Below are positions 39,608 through 51,140 of a stretch of 64,000 nucleotides of DNA, in pieces. Under the pieces are notes generated by a model. The model did not search any database. It saw nothing but the letters and a program-made list of their open reading frames with translations, and was not told the origin of the DNA. The DNA is from Spirochaetota bacterium (GTDB taxonomy: Bacteria; Spirochaetota; UBA4802; UBA5550). A program made the position numbers and the translations under genes. Positions within the stretch are counted from its first letter, which is position 1. Each line of letters begins with the position of its first letter. Where the stretch lies: NCBI GenBank assembly GCA_963664815.2, contig CAXXHB010000003.1:3360001-3424000 (forward strand), read 5' to 3'.

Positions 39608-39981
39608 TTAATACATCCTGAAATTTAATTCCTCAACTTTGCAAAAAAAAGATTTTATTCTCACCGTTGTCATGTTCAGTACAGAAGTTTTACATTTTTG
39701 TTTAGACTAAAAAATATGTCCAGAAAATAATACATTCTTTATTATTAAGACTCCGCAATCTAATCATTAATACAACATATACACATATTTTAATCAATAA
39801 ATATTTAACAAAAAACGTAACTTTTCATGATTAAACATCTCTTGACTTTTCAGATATATTTTTTGAATACTTAGATTATATGTAATAACTTATAATCAGC
39901 ATTATTATTAAATGTAAGTAACTATGCTCTGATTAAATTTGTTTCACTATGTATAAATGTTTTTTAAAAGAGGAGATATTT

Positions 39982-40677
39982 ATGAAAAGCCTATTCCCTG
40001 TAATTATTTTTTCATTGTTGATTGCCGCCTGCTCGACAATGCCCGCAGAGATTGATGACAAATACCTTGCAGGAAAAACTGATACTGAATCTAAAGCCAT
40101 TAATGCAATGGAGCAGAAAATCATAGACAAGAACAAAGAAAAACAGGCCGTGGAAAATCTTTTTAAAGAACAGTCTAAACTCCCTGCTGTGACTGAAGAG
40201 GAGATAAAACTGCTGAAAAAAGAGAGCGGAGTATTAAAAGACCAGGTTTATCTATACGAGAAAAATAAAGATGCAGTAAACCTCGAACCCAAAAAAGCCC
40301 AGCTTGCAGAAAACGAAGCAACCCTTGAAAAAAAGAAAACCCTTCTGATATATCAGCAACAAGAAACAATACTGCTGGAAGATGAACTCAAGCTCAGAGA
40401 TGCGGAACTGGCACAATATATTGCAGAACTGAACTTTGAAAAATCAAAGATTGCAGCTGTATACCGCGACAAAAACGAACCGCAAAAACCCGTGAAGGAA
40501 CAGAATTTTTTCAGTAAACTGTTTAACAAAAAAGATCCGGATGACAGATATGGATATAAAAAACACAGCGAATTCCTTAACATGAAGAAAGAGGAAACAA
40601 CAAAAGCCGAAACCGTTTATAAAGAAGCTCAGAAAAAAATTCTGGAGATAAAAAACGCCCCTGAAAAATCAAAATGA
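39982..40677 (+). CDS. Coiled-coil lipoprotein
   Basis: AGGAG RBS; lipobox IAAC; K/E-rich heptads. Confidence 0.8.
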   Translation: MKSLFPVIIFSLLIAACSTMPAEIDDKYLAGKTDTESKAINAMEQKIIDKNKEKQAVENLFKEQSKLPAVTEEEIKLLKKESGVLKDQVYLYEKNKDAVNLEPKKAQLAENEATLEKKKTLLIYQQQETILLEDELKLRDAELAQYIAELNFEKSKIAAVYRDKNEPQKPVKEQNFFSKLFNKKDPDDRYGYKKHSEFLNMKKEETTKAETVYKEAQKKILEIKNAPEKSK

Positions 40678-40794
40678 ATCCGCAGTTACCAGTCTTTCCC
40701 GGAGCTGAGTGATACATCCGGATTCCCGAATATATAGGCAAGGAAAATCTCACAGATCCATGGATTCTGAAAACAATTTTAACCGGAGTAAAAT

Positions 40795-41829
40795 ATGCCG
40801 ATAAATTACAGTAAGAAAATATTTTCATTAGTCTTTATAATAATTTTAATATCTGCAGCTGATGCTGCTGTTTTCTACACTCCCTCGGAATACAGGGCTG
40901 TATATAACGAAAAAATCGCCCTTCAGCTTGAACTGAAAATGTTAAACCATCAGTACCAGAATGAAAAAAACAAATATGAAAGCACAATCAACGGGCTTCA
41001 GTCAGAGATTGATCAGCTTAAGAGAGATCTCGAACAGATGAAGTCATCCTGTGCAGATCAGAAAAAAGATTTTGAAAAAAAAATTGAAGAGCTTCAGAAT
41101 ATGATAAATCTTCTGAAAGATAAAGGTTCGGAAACAGAAAAAAATCTCATTGAAGGGAACAGGGTTCTTCAGAAAAGATGTGAAGATGACATGGGGCAGG
41201 CTAAAGAAAAATGTGATGCCGAGAGAGAAAAGCTGCAGAAAGAAATTGCTGATCTCAAATCGGATTATGAGAAAAAAATACTGTCTCTCAAAGATGAAAT
41301 AGCAAATCTGAATGAAGAACTTTCTGATTTGAAAAAACTTACGCAGAAACAGAAGGATGATCTCTCCAGGATGGGAAACCAGGCTTCCGAACTTGAAAAA
41401 CAGCTCGATGAAGAGATAAAAAAGGGTGATATAAGATTAAAAAAATTTCATAACAGGCTTGTAATAAATATTGATGACAGGATAAGTTTCGATTCAGGCT
41501 ATGCAAACCTGAAAAAAGAGGTTCTCCCTTCGCTGAAAAAAATCAGGGAAATTTTAGCCCAATACCCGGAGTACAATATTGTAGTTGAAGGGCATACTGA
41601 TAATATCCCTATGAGATCAAAGAGGTTCAGGGATAACTGGGAACTCTCGACAGAAAGGGCGCTCGCTGTTCTCGATTACCTCCTGCAGGATACGACATTA
41701 AATCCGGTGAGATTTTCCGCAGCGGGTTACGGAGAATACAGACCACTGGTCTCAAATGAGACAAAGGAAAACAGGTCTCTCAACAGGAGAGTGGACATCG
41801 TAGTAATCCCGGCAACTCCCGGCCAGTGA
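40795..41829 (+). CDS. OmpA/MotB-family peptidoglycan-binding protein with long coiled coil
   Basis: FDSG.A, VEGHTDN, NWELSTERA, AAGYGEYRP, NRRVDI. Confidence 0.9.
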   Translation: MPINYSKKIFSLVFIIILISAADAAVFYTPSEYRAVYNEKIALQLELKMLNHQYQNEKNKYESTINGLQSEIDQLKRDLEQMKSSCADQKKDFEKKIEELQNMINLLKDKGSETEKNLIEGNRVLQKRCEDDMGQAKEKCDAEREKLQKEIADLKSDYEKKILSLKDEIANLNEELSDLKKLTQKQKDDLSRMGNQASELEKQLDEEIKKGDIRLKKFHNRLVINIDDRISFDSGYANLKKEVLPSLKKIREILAQYPEYNIVVEGHTDNIPMRSKRFRDNWELSTERALAVLDYLLQDTTLNPVRFSAAGYGEYRPLVSNETKENRSLNRRVDIVVIPATPGQ

Positions 41830-41914
41830 GAATAAATTTCATTAACCGTTTATTTTAGATATAAATCCTGTAAAAAATACTTTACAAATGTATAGTTTAA
41901 TGTAATTATTGATT

Positions 41915-43141
41915 ATGAAACGTTCAGGAACTGCAAATTTACCGCTGCATTACGGCAATGTTCCCAGATGGCTTGCCGACAGGATGAAAGGAATGGGAAG
42001 TGCCGTTTCCCTGGCCATTATCTATCAGTACGGCAGAGATGAATTTCTCAGGCGTATTTCCGATCCTTTCTGGTTTCAGGCATTCGGGGCCGTTATGGGA
42101 ATGGACTGGCACTCTTCAGGTATCACACCAAGTGTTATGGGAGCTTTAAGTAAAGGACTCAACCCGGTTTCACACGAAACAGGACTGTTCATTTTAGGCG
42201 GAAGAGGAAAACGGTCAAGAAACACCCCCGAAGAGATATCGGAAGTGTCAATGAAAACAGGACTCGATGGTGATAAACTTGTCCGCTGCTCAAAACTCTC
42301 AGCAAAAATTGACAACACATGTATCGATGACGGGTACCAGTTGTATATCCACAACTTTTTACTTACAAATGACGGGAAATGGGCAGTAGTACAGCAGGGG
42401 ATGAATAAAAATGATATCACCGCACGAAGATACCACTGGCTTTCAGATGATGTTAAATCCTTCGTGGATGACCCTCACTCCGCCATTGTGGGACGGAACG
42501 AAGGGGAGATACTTAACCTCAGCGATTCGCGCAGCAGACAGGCAAGGGATTCAATTGTGGAATTTCTCTCCCTCCACCCGGACAGTCAGCAGAGTGAGAT
42601 GAAATCACTCTTTTCGTCAGTTTATCAGTCACCAAGACACCTCGAAATGCCTGCCCGCCACCATGTTTCTTCTGCCGATGTAAACAGCAGAAGAATGGGA
42701 GCTGTTCTCGCCATGGCATATGAAAAACAGTTCACTGATTTTACAGATGCCCTTCTTTTAAACGGCGTGGGGCCGCGGACTATTCAGTCACTCGCTCTTG
42801 TTTCTGAAGTAATATACGGCGCCCCTGCAAGGTTTTCCGATCCTGCACGGTTCTCTTTTGCGCACGGGGGAAAGGATGGCCATCCTGCTCCTGTCCCGCT
42901 GAAGGTCTATGACCAGTCGATATCAGTACTTAAAAATGCCGTAAAAAAAGCAAAGATCGGCGAGAACGACAGACTCAATGCATTAAAAAAACTCGACGGC
43001 ATTACCCGGTATATTGAAAATAATCTTGAACCGGATGCCGACATTGACAAACTGATAATTCATGAAAGAAAAATATCAAGATCACTCGGAGGAAGAACCG
43101 TTTTCGATAAAGGTAAAGATATACAGCTTGAACTTTTTTAG
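41915..43141 (+). CDS. DUF763 family protein
   Basis: LPLHYG.VP.WL, DPFWFQAFGAVMGMDWHSSG, FAHGGKDGHP. Confidence 0.9.
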   Translation: MKRSGTANLPLHYGNVPRWLADRMKGMGSAVSLAIIYQYGRDEFLRRISDPFWFQAFGAVMGMDWHSSGITPSVMGALSKGLNPVSHETGLFILGGRGKRSRNTPEEISEVSMKTGLDGDKLVRCSKLSAKIDNTCIDDGYQLYIHNFLLTNDGKWAVVQQGMNKNDITARRYHWLSDDVKSFVDDPHSAIVGRNEGEILNLSDSRSRQARDSIVEFLSLHPDSQQSEMKSLFSSVYQSPRHLEMPARHHVSSADVNSRRMGAVLAMAYEKQFTDFTDALLLNGVGPRTIQSLALVSEVIYGAPARFSDPARFSFAHGGKDGHPAPVPLKVYDQSISVLKNAVKKAKIGENDRLNALKKLDGITRYIENNLEPDADIDKLIIHERKISRSLGGRTVFDKGKDIQLELF

Positions 43142-43242
43142 TTTTGAATCTTCCCCTTTGTAATCCGAAAATTCTGATAAAACATAATTTACCTGAGCTA
43201 CAGCATTTTACGGAATAATCAGGCCTTGTCATTATTAAACTG

Positions 43243-44175
43243 TTATCTTACAAAATCTTCCGGATCAAGTGCCTGGCTCCCCTTTCTTATTTCAAAGTGA
43301 AGGTGAGGTCCGGTTGATTTACCGGTACTACCCACATTTCCGATAAGCTGACCCTTGCTGACCTTAATGCCGCCGGATACGAGAATTTTTGACAGATGTC
43401 CATAGTAAGTAGCCATATCATTACCATGTTTGATGACAATAAGATTCCCATAACCGTTTTTTTTAAATTCTGCATCTATAACTGATCCGCTCTCTGCAGC
43501 ATACACAGGTGTACCCAGCGGTGCAGCTATATCTATCCCCTTATGAAAGGAGTTTCTTCTTTTTGAGACAGGGTCGATCCTTTTCCCGAACCTGCTGGAG
43601 ATCCTGCCGGAAGCCGGCATAATCATATTCCAGTCAGTTCTCCCGGTATCGCTGTCAATCTTTGCAGGTATATCTTCAGATACAAACGCTCCGAATGCCC
43701 ATCCCTCGTCTCCGTTTTCCTTTTTAACAAGCAGCCATGGTGCAGTCATGTTTTTTATCGTATCAGTTTTATCTGACTGAAAGATTATCTGAACTTTTTC
43801 CCTGAACTTCAGTTTACCTACAATTTCACTGTCAGATCTATCCTCTGAACGCATATTGAGAGATTCTGTATTTACATACCCGTAGATTTTAGGCGGGATA
43901 ACGCCGGTATAATGAAAGTCTTCCGTGCTCTTTATTCCGGTTATTTCACTTTTTTCAACTGGAATTCCGAGTTTTACATTACCATCTGAAATTTTCCCGC
44001 TGCTATCTTCAAGAAAAGCACTCAACTCCTTTAATATGGCGTCACGGTTTTTTATATCAAGATTATGCTGATCTTCCACTTTTTTTCTATGACTCCCTGC
44101 AAGCTTATTTGCAGGCAAAACATCTGTAACCGCTGCAGCCAGAATTAAAAAGACAATAACCTCTATTTTTTTCAT
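43243..44175 (-). CDS. M23 peptidase with SH3-like domain
   Basis: LNMRSE..IVGKL..GWAFG; HKGIDIAA, YYGHL, STGPHLHFEIR. Confidence 0.92.
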   Translation of the reverse strand: MKKIEVIVFLILAAAVTDVLPANKLAGSHRKKVEDQHNLDIKNRDAILKELSAFLEDSSGKISDGNVKLGIPVEKSEITGIKSTEDFHYTGVIPPKIYGYVNTESLNMRSEDRSDSEIVGKLKFREKVQIIFQSDKTDTIKNMTAPWLLVKKENGDEGWAFGAFVSEDIPAKIDSDTGRTDWNMIMPASGRISSRFGKRIDPVSKRRNSFHKGIDIAAPLGTPVYAAESGSVIDAEFKKNGYGNLIVIKHGNDMATYYGHLSKILVSGGIKVSKGQLIGNVGSTGKSTGPHLHFEIRKGSQALDPEDFVR

Positions 44176-44471
44176 ACTGATTCTCCGATTAATTGGTATT
44201 ACTATTTTCGGCATTTCAATATTTTATTACAGGTATAATAAATTTCCCGGTATAAAAATCACATCTCTCTTCTGATGATTTTAATTTTTTGTTTGATTTT
44301 ATTCCGGCTATAATTCAATGTTTCTGAATTCACAGGGAACAATTATGATGTCTGGAAGGTCTAAATTTAAATGTTTTATACTTCGTCAGAATCAGGGAAA
44401 ATCCTGTTTTATTTAGTATATTCTGTTAAATATAAATAATTAAACTTTTGTAATAGGTAAAGGCAAGAAAA

Positions 44472-46058
44472 ATGTTTAAAGCCATTAAAGAATTTCTGCT
44501 GTGGGGAAGAGAAAAATTTCCTGATACATATTCCGGTGAGTTACATTACCAGAGTAATCTTATCGTTGTCCCTGCGGCTTTTATCTGCCTTTTCGCGTGG
44601 CTTGGGTATGTTAAAACGGACGGTGCAATATACCCGGACAAGCCTCTCCTTATATATTCAAGATACGGCCTGACTCTCTTTTCTTTTATAATACTGGCCC
44701 TGCAGTTTGTTCCATACCTTAAACAGCGGAGCATGTTTCTGCTTGCCGCCCTCGGATTTTATCTTGAAATAAGCACCGGCGTACTGACGGGTGTTACCGG
44801 AGCAGATCCGGTTTATGTTGCCGGATACTTTTTTATTCTGATCCTGATAATTGTTGCCCCGATATATAAATCCATTCTCTGGATTATGTCAGCCCTGTCC
44901 GTTACTTCATTTGCCATCATCGGTTTAATCCATGGTATGGAGTTTACAACTCAGAGGCAGAAATACACCATGAATGATTTTACTCTGGTAGTTATTTTCA
45001 GCTGGAGTTTTATCTATGTCCTTGACAGAATGAGATATTCAAGCTGGAAAAAATCAAGCGAACTGAAGAAGAACAGGGAGAAGATTGAGATTGAAAAGAA
45101 CAGGATAACCGAAATAATGGGTGAAGCTAAATCCCTGATTGAACATGTTACCGAAACTACCGATTATCTCAGCAAATTTACAGCCGAGATTGATTCTTCA
45201 ATAGAAAAACAATTTCCAGTAATTGAAAAAACCATGGCATCATCGACAAGCGTAATTGAATCATTCGACCTGATCAGTTCCCATACTCTGGGTCAGGAGG
45301 ATTTTAACCGTAACGGGAAGCTGCTCATTGTAAAACTGAAGGATGAGTTCAAAGAAACTCTCTCCTCAAGCGACGCTGTTCAGAAAGATGCTTCAGAAAT
45401 CGGCGTCCTGGCAGAAAAATGTCAGAATAAGCTCGGCAATGCATCAACAACCATTACTACACTTAAAGATGAATCCTCTAAAATAGCTGAGATATCAAAG
45501 ACAATAGACGAGATTGCAGATAAAACTGCTCTTCTGTCCCTTAATGCATCAATAGAATCGGCAAGAGCGGGAGAGCACGGACGCGGCTTTGCAGTTGTGG
45601 CAGATGAAATTTCGAAACTTGCTGACGGAAGTATGCGTTCAGCTAAAGAGATCAGTGATATAATAAAGATGTCTGTAACACGTATTATTGAAGCATCCGA
45701 CCAGGTTTTTGAAACAGCGGATATACTTAAAGAAATAATTCTTATCATGAACAATAATACCGTTTTTATTAACGCCCTGAAAAACATGATCAAGGATCTC
45801 GGACAGAATCTCCAGAATCTTATGGAGTATTTTGATCTTTCTGTTAAGTACACCCAGATGATAGGAGAGCTGACAGAGAAGAACAGTGAGGAGATCAGCA
45901 CCTACCAGACCATGATAAAAAACATAGAATCATTTTATTCAGGTCTGAACAAAATGAGTGAAAAATTAACAGACGTATCATCAAACGTCAATGCCGAAAT
46001 TTTCAAACTCGAAGAGATCCTTAAAGGCTCTGAAGATTTAAGTTCTGTAAAAAATTAA
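44472..46058 (+). CDS. Methyl-accepting chemotaxis protein
   Basis: [31 protein letters not shown]; multi-TM N-terminus. Confidence 0.95.
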   Translation: MFKAIKEFLLWGREKFPDTYSGELHYQSNLIVVPAAFICLFAWLGYVKTDGAIYPDKPLLIYSRYGLTLFSFIILALQFVPYLKQRSMFLLAALGFYLEISTGVLTGVTGADPVYVAGYFFILILIIVAPIYKSILWIMSALSVTSFAIIGLIHGMEFTTQRQKYTMNDFTLVVIFSWSFIYVLDRMRYSSWKKSSELKKNREKIEIEKNRITEIMGEAKSLIEHVTETTDYLSKFTAEIDSSIEKQFPVIEKTMASSTSVIESFDLISSHTLGQEDFNRNGKLLIVKLKDEFKETLSSSDAVQKDASEIGVLAEKCQNKLGNASTTITTLKDESSKIAEISKTIDEIADKTALLSLNASIESARAGEHGRGFAVVADEISKLADGSMRSAKEISDIIKMSVTRIIEASDQVFETADILKEIILIMNNNTVFINALKNMIKDLGQNLQNLMEYFDLSVKYTQMIGELTEKNSEEISTYQTMIKNIESFYSGLNKMSEKLTDVSSNVNAEIFKLEEILKGSEDLSSVKN

Positions 46059-46118
46059 TCAGATACCTCCATTCAGTATTTTTCAGCCGAAATTAAAAAA
46101 TCCCGTTTACATATCCAG

Positions 46119-46142
46119 ACCTGGATCAATCCAGGTTTTTTT
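46119..46142 (+). terminator. Intrinsic terminator
   Basis: ACCTGGAT-CA-ATCCAGGT followed by T-tract. Confidence 0.65.
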
Positions 46143-46235
46143 GTCTGATAGAAAATTTTTGGTTGAAAAAGCAATGCTATAAATAATTGATTTTACAGAA
46201 TAATTTTTTTAAATGATTTTATCGGGGAAGCAATT

Positions 46236-47510
46236 ATGAAAATTTTTAAATTCGGAGGAGCATCTGTCAAAGACGCCGATTCCGTGAAAAATGTGGCAAA
46301 TGTCCTCAACCTTTACAATAATGATAAAATAGCAGTTGTTGTCTCTGCCATGGGAAAGATGACAAACGCGCTTGAAAGAGTTCTTCACGCATATTATTAC
46401 GGTACGGGAAAAATAGATGAGGAATTCTGCAATATAAAGGAATACCATATGAGTATTGTTTATGTCCTTTTCCCGGATGAAAAAAATCAGATATTCTCCG
46501 AGCTGGAGAATATTTTTTCACTTCTGAGGACAAGACTATCTCTTCCGAATTCCGAAAACTTTGATTATGAATACGACCAGATTGTCTCTGTTGGCGAAAT
46601 AATCTCCTCTAAAATTCTCAGTGCATACCTTAATACTACCGGAATTGCAAACAGATGGATTGATGCCAGATCCGTAATCAGAACAGATAACACCTACAGA
46701 GATGCCAGAATTGACTGGGAGAAAACAGTTGAACTCGTTAACGATTCAATGAATTTCCATAAAGAAAGAGTCTATGTTACGCAGGGATTTATAGGATCAA
46801 CTGCAGAGAATATCACAACAACTCTTGGCCGAGAGGGATCTGATTTTTCCGCGGCAATTCTGGCATACAGCCTTGAAGCTGAAAAAGTTGCAATATGGAA
46901 GGATGTTCCGGGAGTCCTCAACGCCGATCCGAAATACTTTGACGATACGGTAAAACTCGATCAGCTTTCATACCATGACGCCATTGAACTCGCATATTAC
47001 GGAGCCAGCGTAATTCATCCTAAAACCATCAAACCCCTTCAGAACAAAAGAATTCCTCTGTGGGTAAAATCCTTCCTCAATCCGAAAGAAAAGGGGACTG
47101 TAATTCAAAACGACAAAGACGGACTGCAGATACCATCATTCATCTTTAAAATGAACCAGGTGCTTATTACCATATCAGCCAGGGACTTTTCTTTTATAGC
47201 AGAACAGAATCTCGGAGATATCTTCCACGAGCTTTCGCGCCTCAGGGTTAGAATCAATGTTATGCAGAATACCGCCCTCAGCTTTTCAATATGCGTAGAC
47301 TGGGATGACAGAAAAATACCTGAACTTATTAAATCACTGGAATCTGAATATATGATAAAATACAACAGGGGACTTGAACTTGTTACTATAAGGCATTATG
47401 ACCAGGAGACTATCGGGCGTGTAACTGTAAACAAGGAGATTCTTCTCGAAGAAAAAACAAGAAACACAATTCAGATGGTTATGAGAGATTCAGATAAGGC
47501 ACTGGAATAA
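46236..47510 (+). CDS. lysC: Aspartate kinase
   Basis: KFGGASV, VVSAMGK, TQGFIG, TTLGREGSDFSA, KDVPGVLNADP, GASVIHPK. Confidence 0.95.
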   Translation: MKIFKFGGASVKDADSVKNVANVLNLYNNDKIAVVVSAMGKMTNALERVLHAYYYGTGKIDEEFCNIKEYHMSIVYVLFPDEKNQIFSELENIFSLLRTRLSLPNSENFDYEYDQIVSVGEIISSKILSAYLNTTGIANRWIDARSVIRTDNTYRDARIDWEKTVELVNDSMNFHKERVYVTQGFIGSTAENITTTLGREGSDFSAAILAYSLEAEKVAIWKDVPGVLNADPKYFDDTVKLDQLSYHDAIELAYYGASVIHPKTIKPLQNKRIPLWVKSFLNPKEKGTVIQNDKDGLQIPSFIFKMNQVLITISARDFSFIAEQNLGDIFHELSRLRVRINVMQNTALSFSICVDWDDRKIPELIKSLESEYMIKYNRGLELVTIRHYDQETIGRVTVNKEILLEEKTRNTIQMVMRDSDKALE

Positions 47511-47513
47511 GCC

Positions 47514-47548
47514 CCTTTCCTGTTCTCCACCGGGGAGAACAGGAAAGG
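47514..47548. terminator. Hairpin between convergent lysC and acyl-CoA dehydrogenase genes
   Basis: CCTTTCCTGTTCTCC-ACCGG-GGAGAACAGGAAAGG. Confidence 0.75.
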
Positions 47549-47561
47549 ATTTTGTATTTCA

Positions 47562-49367
47562 TCAATCCGCAAAAATACCCGCATCAACCCCTGCTGTAAG
47601 TATTTCCTCATCAAGAAGAATACCGGAAATAGTTTCCACCTTAGGGAGTTCATATTTGAAAAAAAACTTCATTGTATGAACTTTTGAATTATAGAATGAG
47701 TTAAGTGCAGGATCATCGCATCCTCTGTTCTGTTTATCAGCACAAACCGCCTGCATGAGCCACTGCCAGCCTATCGAAAGAATCCCCGCCATTTCCAGGT
47801 AGAGTGTTGCATCAGCAAGAAAAACCTCCATATTGCCCAGAGCGGCTATCTGAAGAAGTTTTGCCGTTGTATTCTGAAAAACGGAAACCATATTATCAAG
47901 CTTCAGTGCATACTTTTTAAGAATTTCAGATTTTTCAGCTTCACCAATTGTTGTCTTTATCTCATTTATGAAAAGTTCAAATGCACGTCCCTTCTTCATA
48001 ATGGTCTTTCTGCCGAGAAGATCCTGCCCCTGAATTGTCGATGTCCCTTCATGGATCGGGTGTATCCTGGAGTCGCGGAAAAAAAGTTCAACGTTAAAAT
48101 CCTCACAGTAACCATAGCCTCCGAGGATCTGAATCCCGGAACTTGTAGAGAGAACTCCGTATTCCGACGCGTAACTTTTCACAATCGGAGTAAGGAACTC
48201 AAGCAGAAGGGTGTACTTCTCCACATCCTCCGGAGGGGACACTTGTTTAAGGTCGATATACATCCCCACCTGCAGAGCAAGCGACAGTGAACCCTCAGAC
48301 ACAGCCTTCTGGAATAGAAGCATTCGCTTTATATCAGGGTGATTTATTATTGCACACTGCGGGTCAAGCGGATTTTTACTGTTAAGCGGTCTTCCCTGGG
48401 GCCTCTCCCCGGCGTATTTCAGTGAATCATAATATGCCGCGGACGCTATTCCGGCCGCGCCCAGTCCCACATTAATCCTCTCCTCGTTCATCATCTCAAA
48501 CATATATCCAAGACCCTTGTTCTCTTCGCCGACAAGCCATCCTCGGCAGTCACCATTTTCCCCCATTGAGAGCTGCGTGATCGGTGACCCCCTGTACCCC
48601 AGTTTATGTTCTATCCCGGCGCAGGTAACATCATTGAATACAAGACCCCCTTTACCGTCACCACGGTATTTAGGGACGACAAAAAGAGAAATCCCCTTAA
48701 CCCCGGCCGGCGCACCTTCAACTTTTGCAAGCATAAGGTTTACAATATTATCCGCGCAGTCATGAGTACCGGCAGAGATAAATATCTTCTGCCCCTTTAT
48801 GCTATAGTACCCCTCGCCTGTCGGAACCGCCTTTGTCTTTATATCGGAAAGCGAGCTTCCCGCTTCAGGCTCCGTGAGGGCCATAGTGCCCTGCCACTCG
48901 CCTGAGAACATCTTCGGTATGTAATACTTTTTCAGTTCGGGTGAACCGAATGAAATAATAAGGTTAGACGCACCGGAGTTGAGCTGTGAATATACCCCCA
49001 TCGAGTAATTAGCAGCCCCGTAAATGTAATAGATCGCGGCCATTACAGAGTAAGGCAATTGCTGCCCCCCCTCTTCAAAGGAGAAATGCGCCGATATGAG
49101 ACCTATTTCCCCGCATTTTTTCAAAACAGTCCGTACAAGAGGATGAACATGCACCTGGCCTTCTTTATATACAGGGGGATTCTTATCCATCTCTCTCAGG
49201 TATGGCCTGAAATAATCCACTGCCAGTTTTGTGGCTGTACCAAGAACCATATCGAGAGCTTCCTTGTTATATTCGTCAAAATATTCATGTTTCGATAAAT
49301 TCTGAATTTCAAGCATTTCAAACAGCAGAAAATTCATTGTCTGCCGGCTGATAAATTTTTCCTCCAT
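47562..49367 (-). CDS. Acyl-CoA dehydrogenase (long, ~600 aa type)
   Basis: GTMALTEPEAGS, GQKIFIS, KGISLFVVPK, QILGGYG, IHEGT..IQ.DLLGRK. Confidence 0.95.
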   Translation of the reverse strand: MEEKFISRQTMNFLLFEMLEIQNLSKHEYFDEYNKEALDMVLGTATKLAVDYFRPYLREMDKNPPVYKEGQVHVHPLVRTVLKKCGEIGLISAHFSFEEGGQQLPYSVMAAIYYIYGAANYSMGVYSQLNSGASNLIISFGSPELKKYYIPKMFSGEWQGTMALTEPEAGSSLSDIKTKAVPTGEGYYSIKGQKIFISAGTHDCADNIVNLMLAKVEGAPAGVKGISLFVVPKYRGDGKGGLVFNDVTCAGIEHKLGYRGSPITQLSMGENGDCRGWLVGEENKGLGYMFEMMNEERINVGLGAAGIASAAYYDSLKYAGERPQGRPLNSKNPLDPQCAIINHPDIKRMLLFQKAVSEGSLSLALQVGMYIDLKQVSPPEDVEKYTLLLEFLTPIVKSYASEYGVLSTSSGIQILGGYGYCEDFNVELFFRDSRIHPIHEGTSTIQGQDLLGRKTIMKKGRAFELFINEIKTTIGEAEKSEILKKYALKLDNMVSVFQNTTAKLLQIAALGNMEVFLADATLYLEMAGILSIGWQWLMQAVCADKQNRGCDDPALNSFYNSKVHTMKFFFKYELPKVETISGILLDEEILTAGVDAGIFAD

Positions 49368-49650
49368 ATTCTCCCCCTGGAATGTTTTAATTTGTATTCT
49401 ATGGTATAATGTCTGCAGAAAAAATGCAAACTAAATTCTATTTGCCTTAAAATGATTTCAGCCTCTGTCTGATTATCACTATAAAATGACAATATTCAGT
49501 TCTTAACTTATTCAGCAGGTTGCTATAATCCATATAATCTGTTTAATAAAAGTACACAACACACGCATCTGCTGAAACGACAGAGACGGCTTAAATTTAT
49601 CACTGACAACTAGTGGTATTTTTTTCTGTTATAAAAATGTCTGTTTGTTA

Positions 49651-49685
49651 AAAAAATGGAACTATTTAAAGATAATATGGGTTAA
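49651..49685 (+). promoter_or_regulatory. Putative ECF promoter GGAAC-N17-GGTTAA (copy 1)
   Basis: AAAAAATGGAAC..TTTAAA..GGTTAA, matching 54303-54337. Confidence 0.65.
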
Positions 49686-49748
49686 ATTATAATTAAATAA
49701 GAAGACTGACTTATTCAAAACTCATCATTAAAATTCAGAAAAGCGGAA

Positions 49749-51134
49749 ATGAAAATGATTATTATTAAAAAATATATACTCACATTACTTTTCATTATAA
49801 TGTTTATATCAGACCTCTATTCAGTAACAAATTACGATTCTGAATCACAGTTATTAAGAGCATCCAGTGGAATCAATGAGGATGACATAAAGATAGTAAA
49901 CGGCAAAACGGAACTGTCTCTATTCGATACATTCGCAAAGGCAGTATATAATACTGAACGCCTTAAAATAGTTGGCGAGTCTTACTTTCAGGCAAAGGCA
50001 CGGAAAGATCAGGCTTTTGGAGCCTTTCTCCCGTATATATCTCTTCAGGGGATGTATGTACTTCCCACATCTTTAACAGGATCCTCCCCTGCCGGTTTCA
50101 GCGGCACAAATACAGGCATCAGCGTCTATGCACGCCAGAATATACTGACGGGACTGAATGAATGGGGTAATTATAAAGGAGCCGGAGAGGATATGAATCA
50201 CAGCCGCACACAGATGATCAGCAATGCCAGCATTCTCCTTCTTGATGTAAGCAGCGCATTTTATAACACTCTTACATTTGATCATGCACTCAGTAATAGT
50301 GTTGAGATACTTAACCTTTATAACAGAATGAGGGAGGAGCAGAAAAGACGGGTAAACCTTGGCAGGAGCAGACCCAGCGATCTCCTCAGAATTGATACTC
50401 AGATTTTTCAGCTTGAAGCGCAGATAAAGGAAACAAAAAACCAGCTTGACAGCGCAAAACTCACACTTGCCACCCTGGCCGGGATAACCGGCAACTTTAA
50501 AATTGAAGACAGGCACAACCTGCCTGATCTGGCAGATATTATATCTCACGCTGATGAATATGCAGCAAAAAGAATAGATGTAAAAGCGGCTAAAGAGGAT
50601 CTTGAACGCGCCGATACAAGACTTACTGCAGCAATGGGGGGATATCTTCCCAATATTTATGCACAGGGTGCTTACAGCCTTGCCAGCAGAAGTAAAAGCG
50701 GCAATGACTATTATGCGGGACTCGGAGTTGAACTCCCTATATTTTCAGGGGGGATTGTTAATGGAAAAATAAGAGAGGCTGAATCTGTTAAAAAACAGGC
50801 AGAACTGGCTTTATCAACCGTCCGGAGAACGGCTCTGCAGGATATTGTAAATGCTGCAAAGAGTTATGAATCATCAAGAAACGAAATTGATGCATTCAAA
50901 AAAGCACTCAATGCCGCTCAGCGCAACTATCAGTCCGTAACAGAAGATTACCGCAGGGACAGGGTTACAATACTTGATGTTCTCACATCCCTGACAACGC
51001 TGCAGTCTGCAAAAAATGACTATGAAAAAGCCGGGCTAAAATGCAGGTTCAACCGCATCTGGCTTGGTGTGGCCATCTCTGAATTCAATGGCGACAACAT
51101 TCATCTTCTCAATAATATAAAAAATGGAGACTAA
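49749..51134 (+). CDS. TolC-family outer membrane efflux protein
   Basis: Signal peptide, AFLPYISL, YLPNI..GVELPIFSGG. Confidence 0.9.
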   Translation: MKMIIIKKYILTLLFIIMFISDLYSVTNYDSESQLLRASSGINEDDIKIVNGKTELSLFDTFAKAVYNTERLKIVGESYFQAKARKDQAFGAFLPYISLQGMYVLPTSLTGSSPAGFSGTNTGISVYARQNILTGLNEWGNYKGAGEDMNHSRTQMISNASILLLDVSSAFYNTLTFDHALSNSVEILNLYNRMREEQKRRVNLGRSRPSDLLRIDTQIFQLEAQIKETKNQLDSAKLTLATLAGITGNFKIEDRHNLPDLADIISHADEYAAKRIDVKAAKEDLERADTRLTAAMGGYLPNIYAQGAYSLASRSKSGNDYYAGLGVELPIFSGGIVNGKIREAESVKKQAELALSTVRRTALQDIVNAAKSYESSRNEIDAFKKALNAAQRNYQSVTEDYRRDRVTILDVLTSLTTLQSAKNDYEKAGLKCRFNRIWLGVAISEFNGDNIHLLNNIKNGD

Positions 51135-51140
51135 CAGGCA

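Noticed and set aside
40795-41829. Calling this gene motB
   Set aside because: No motA neighbour and no conserved TM Asp motif
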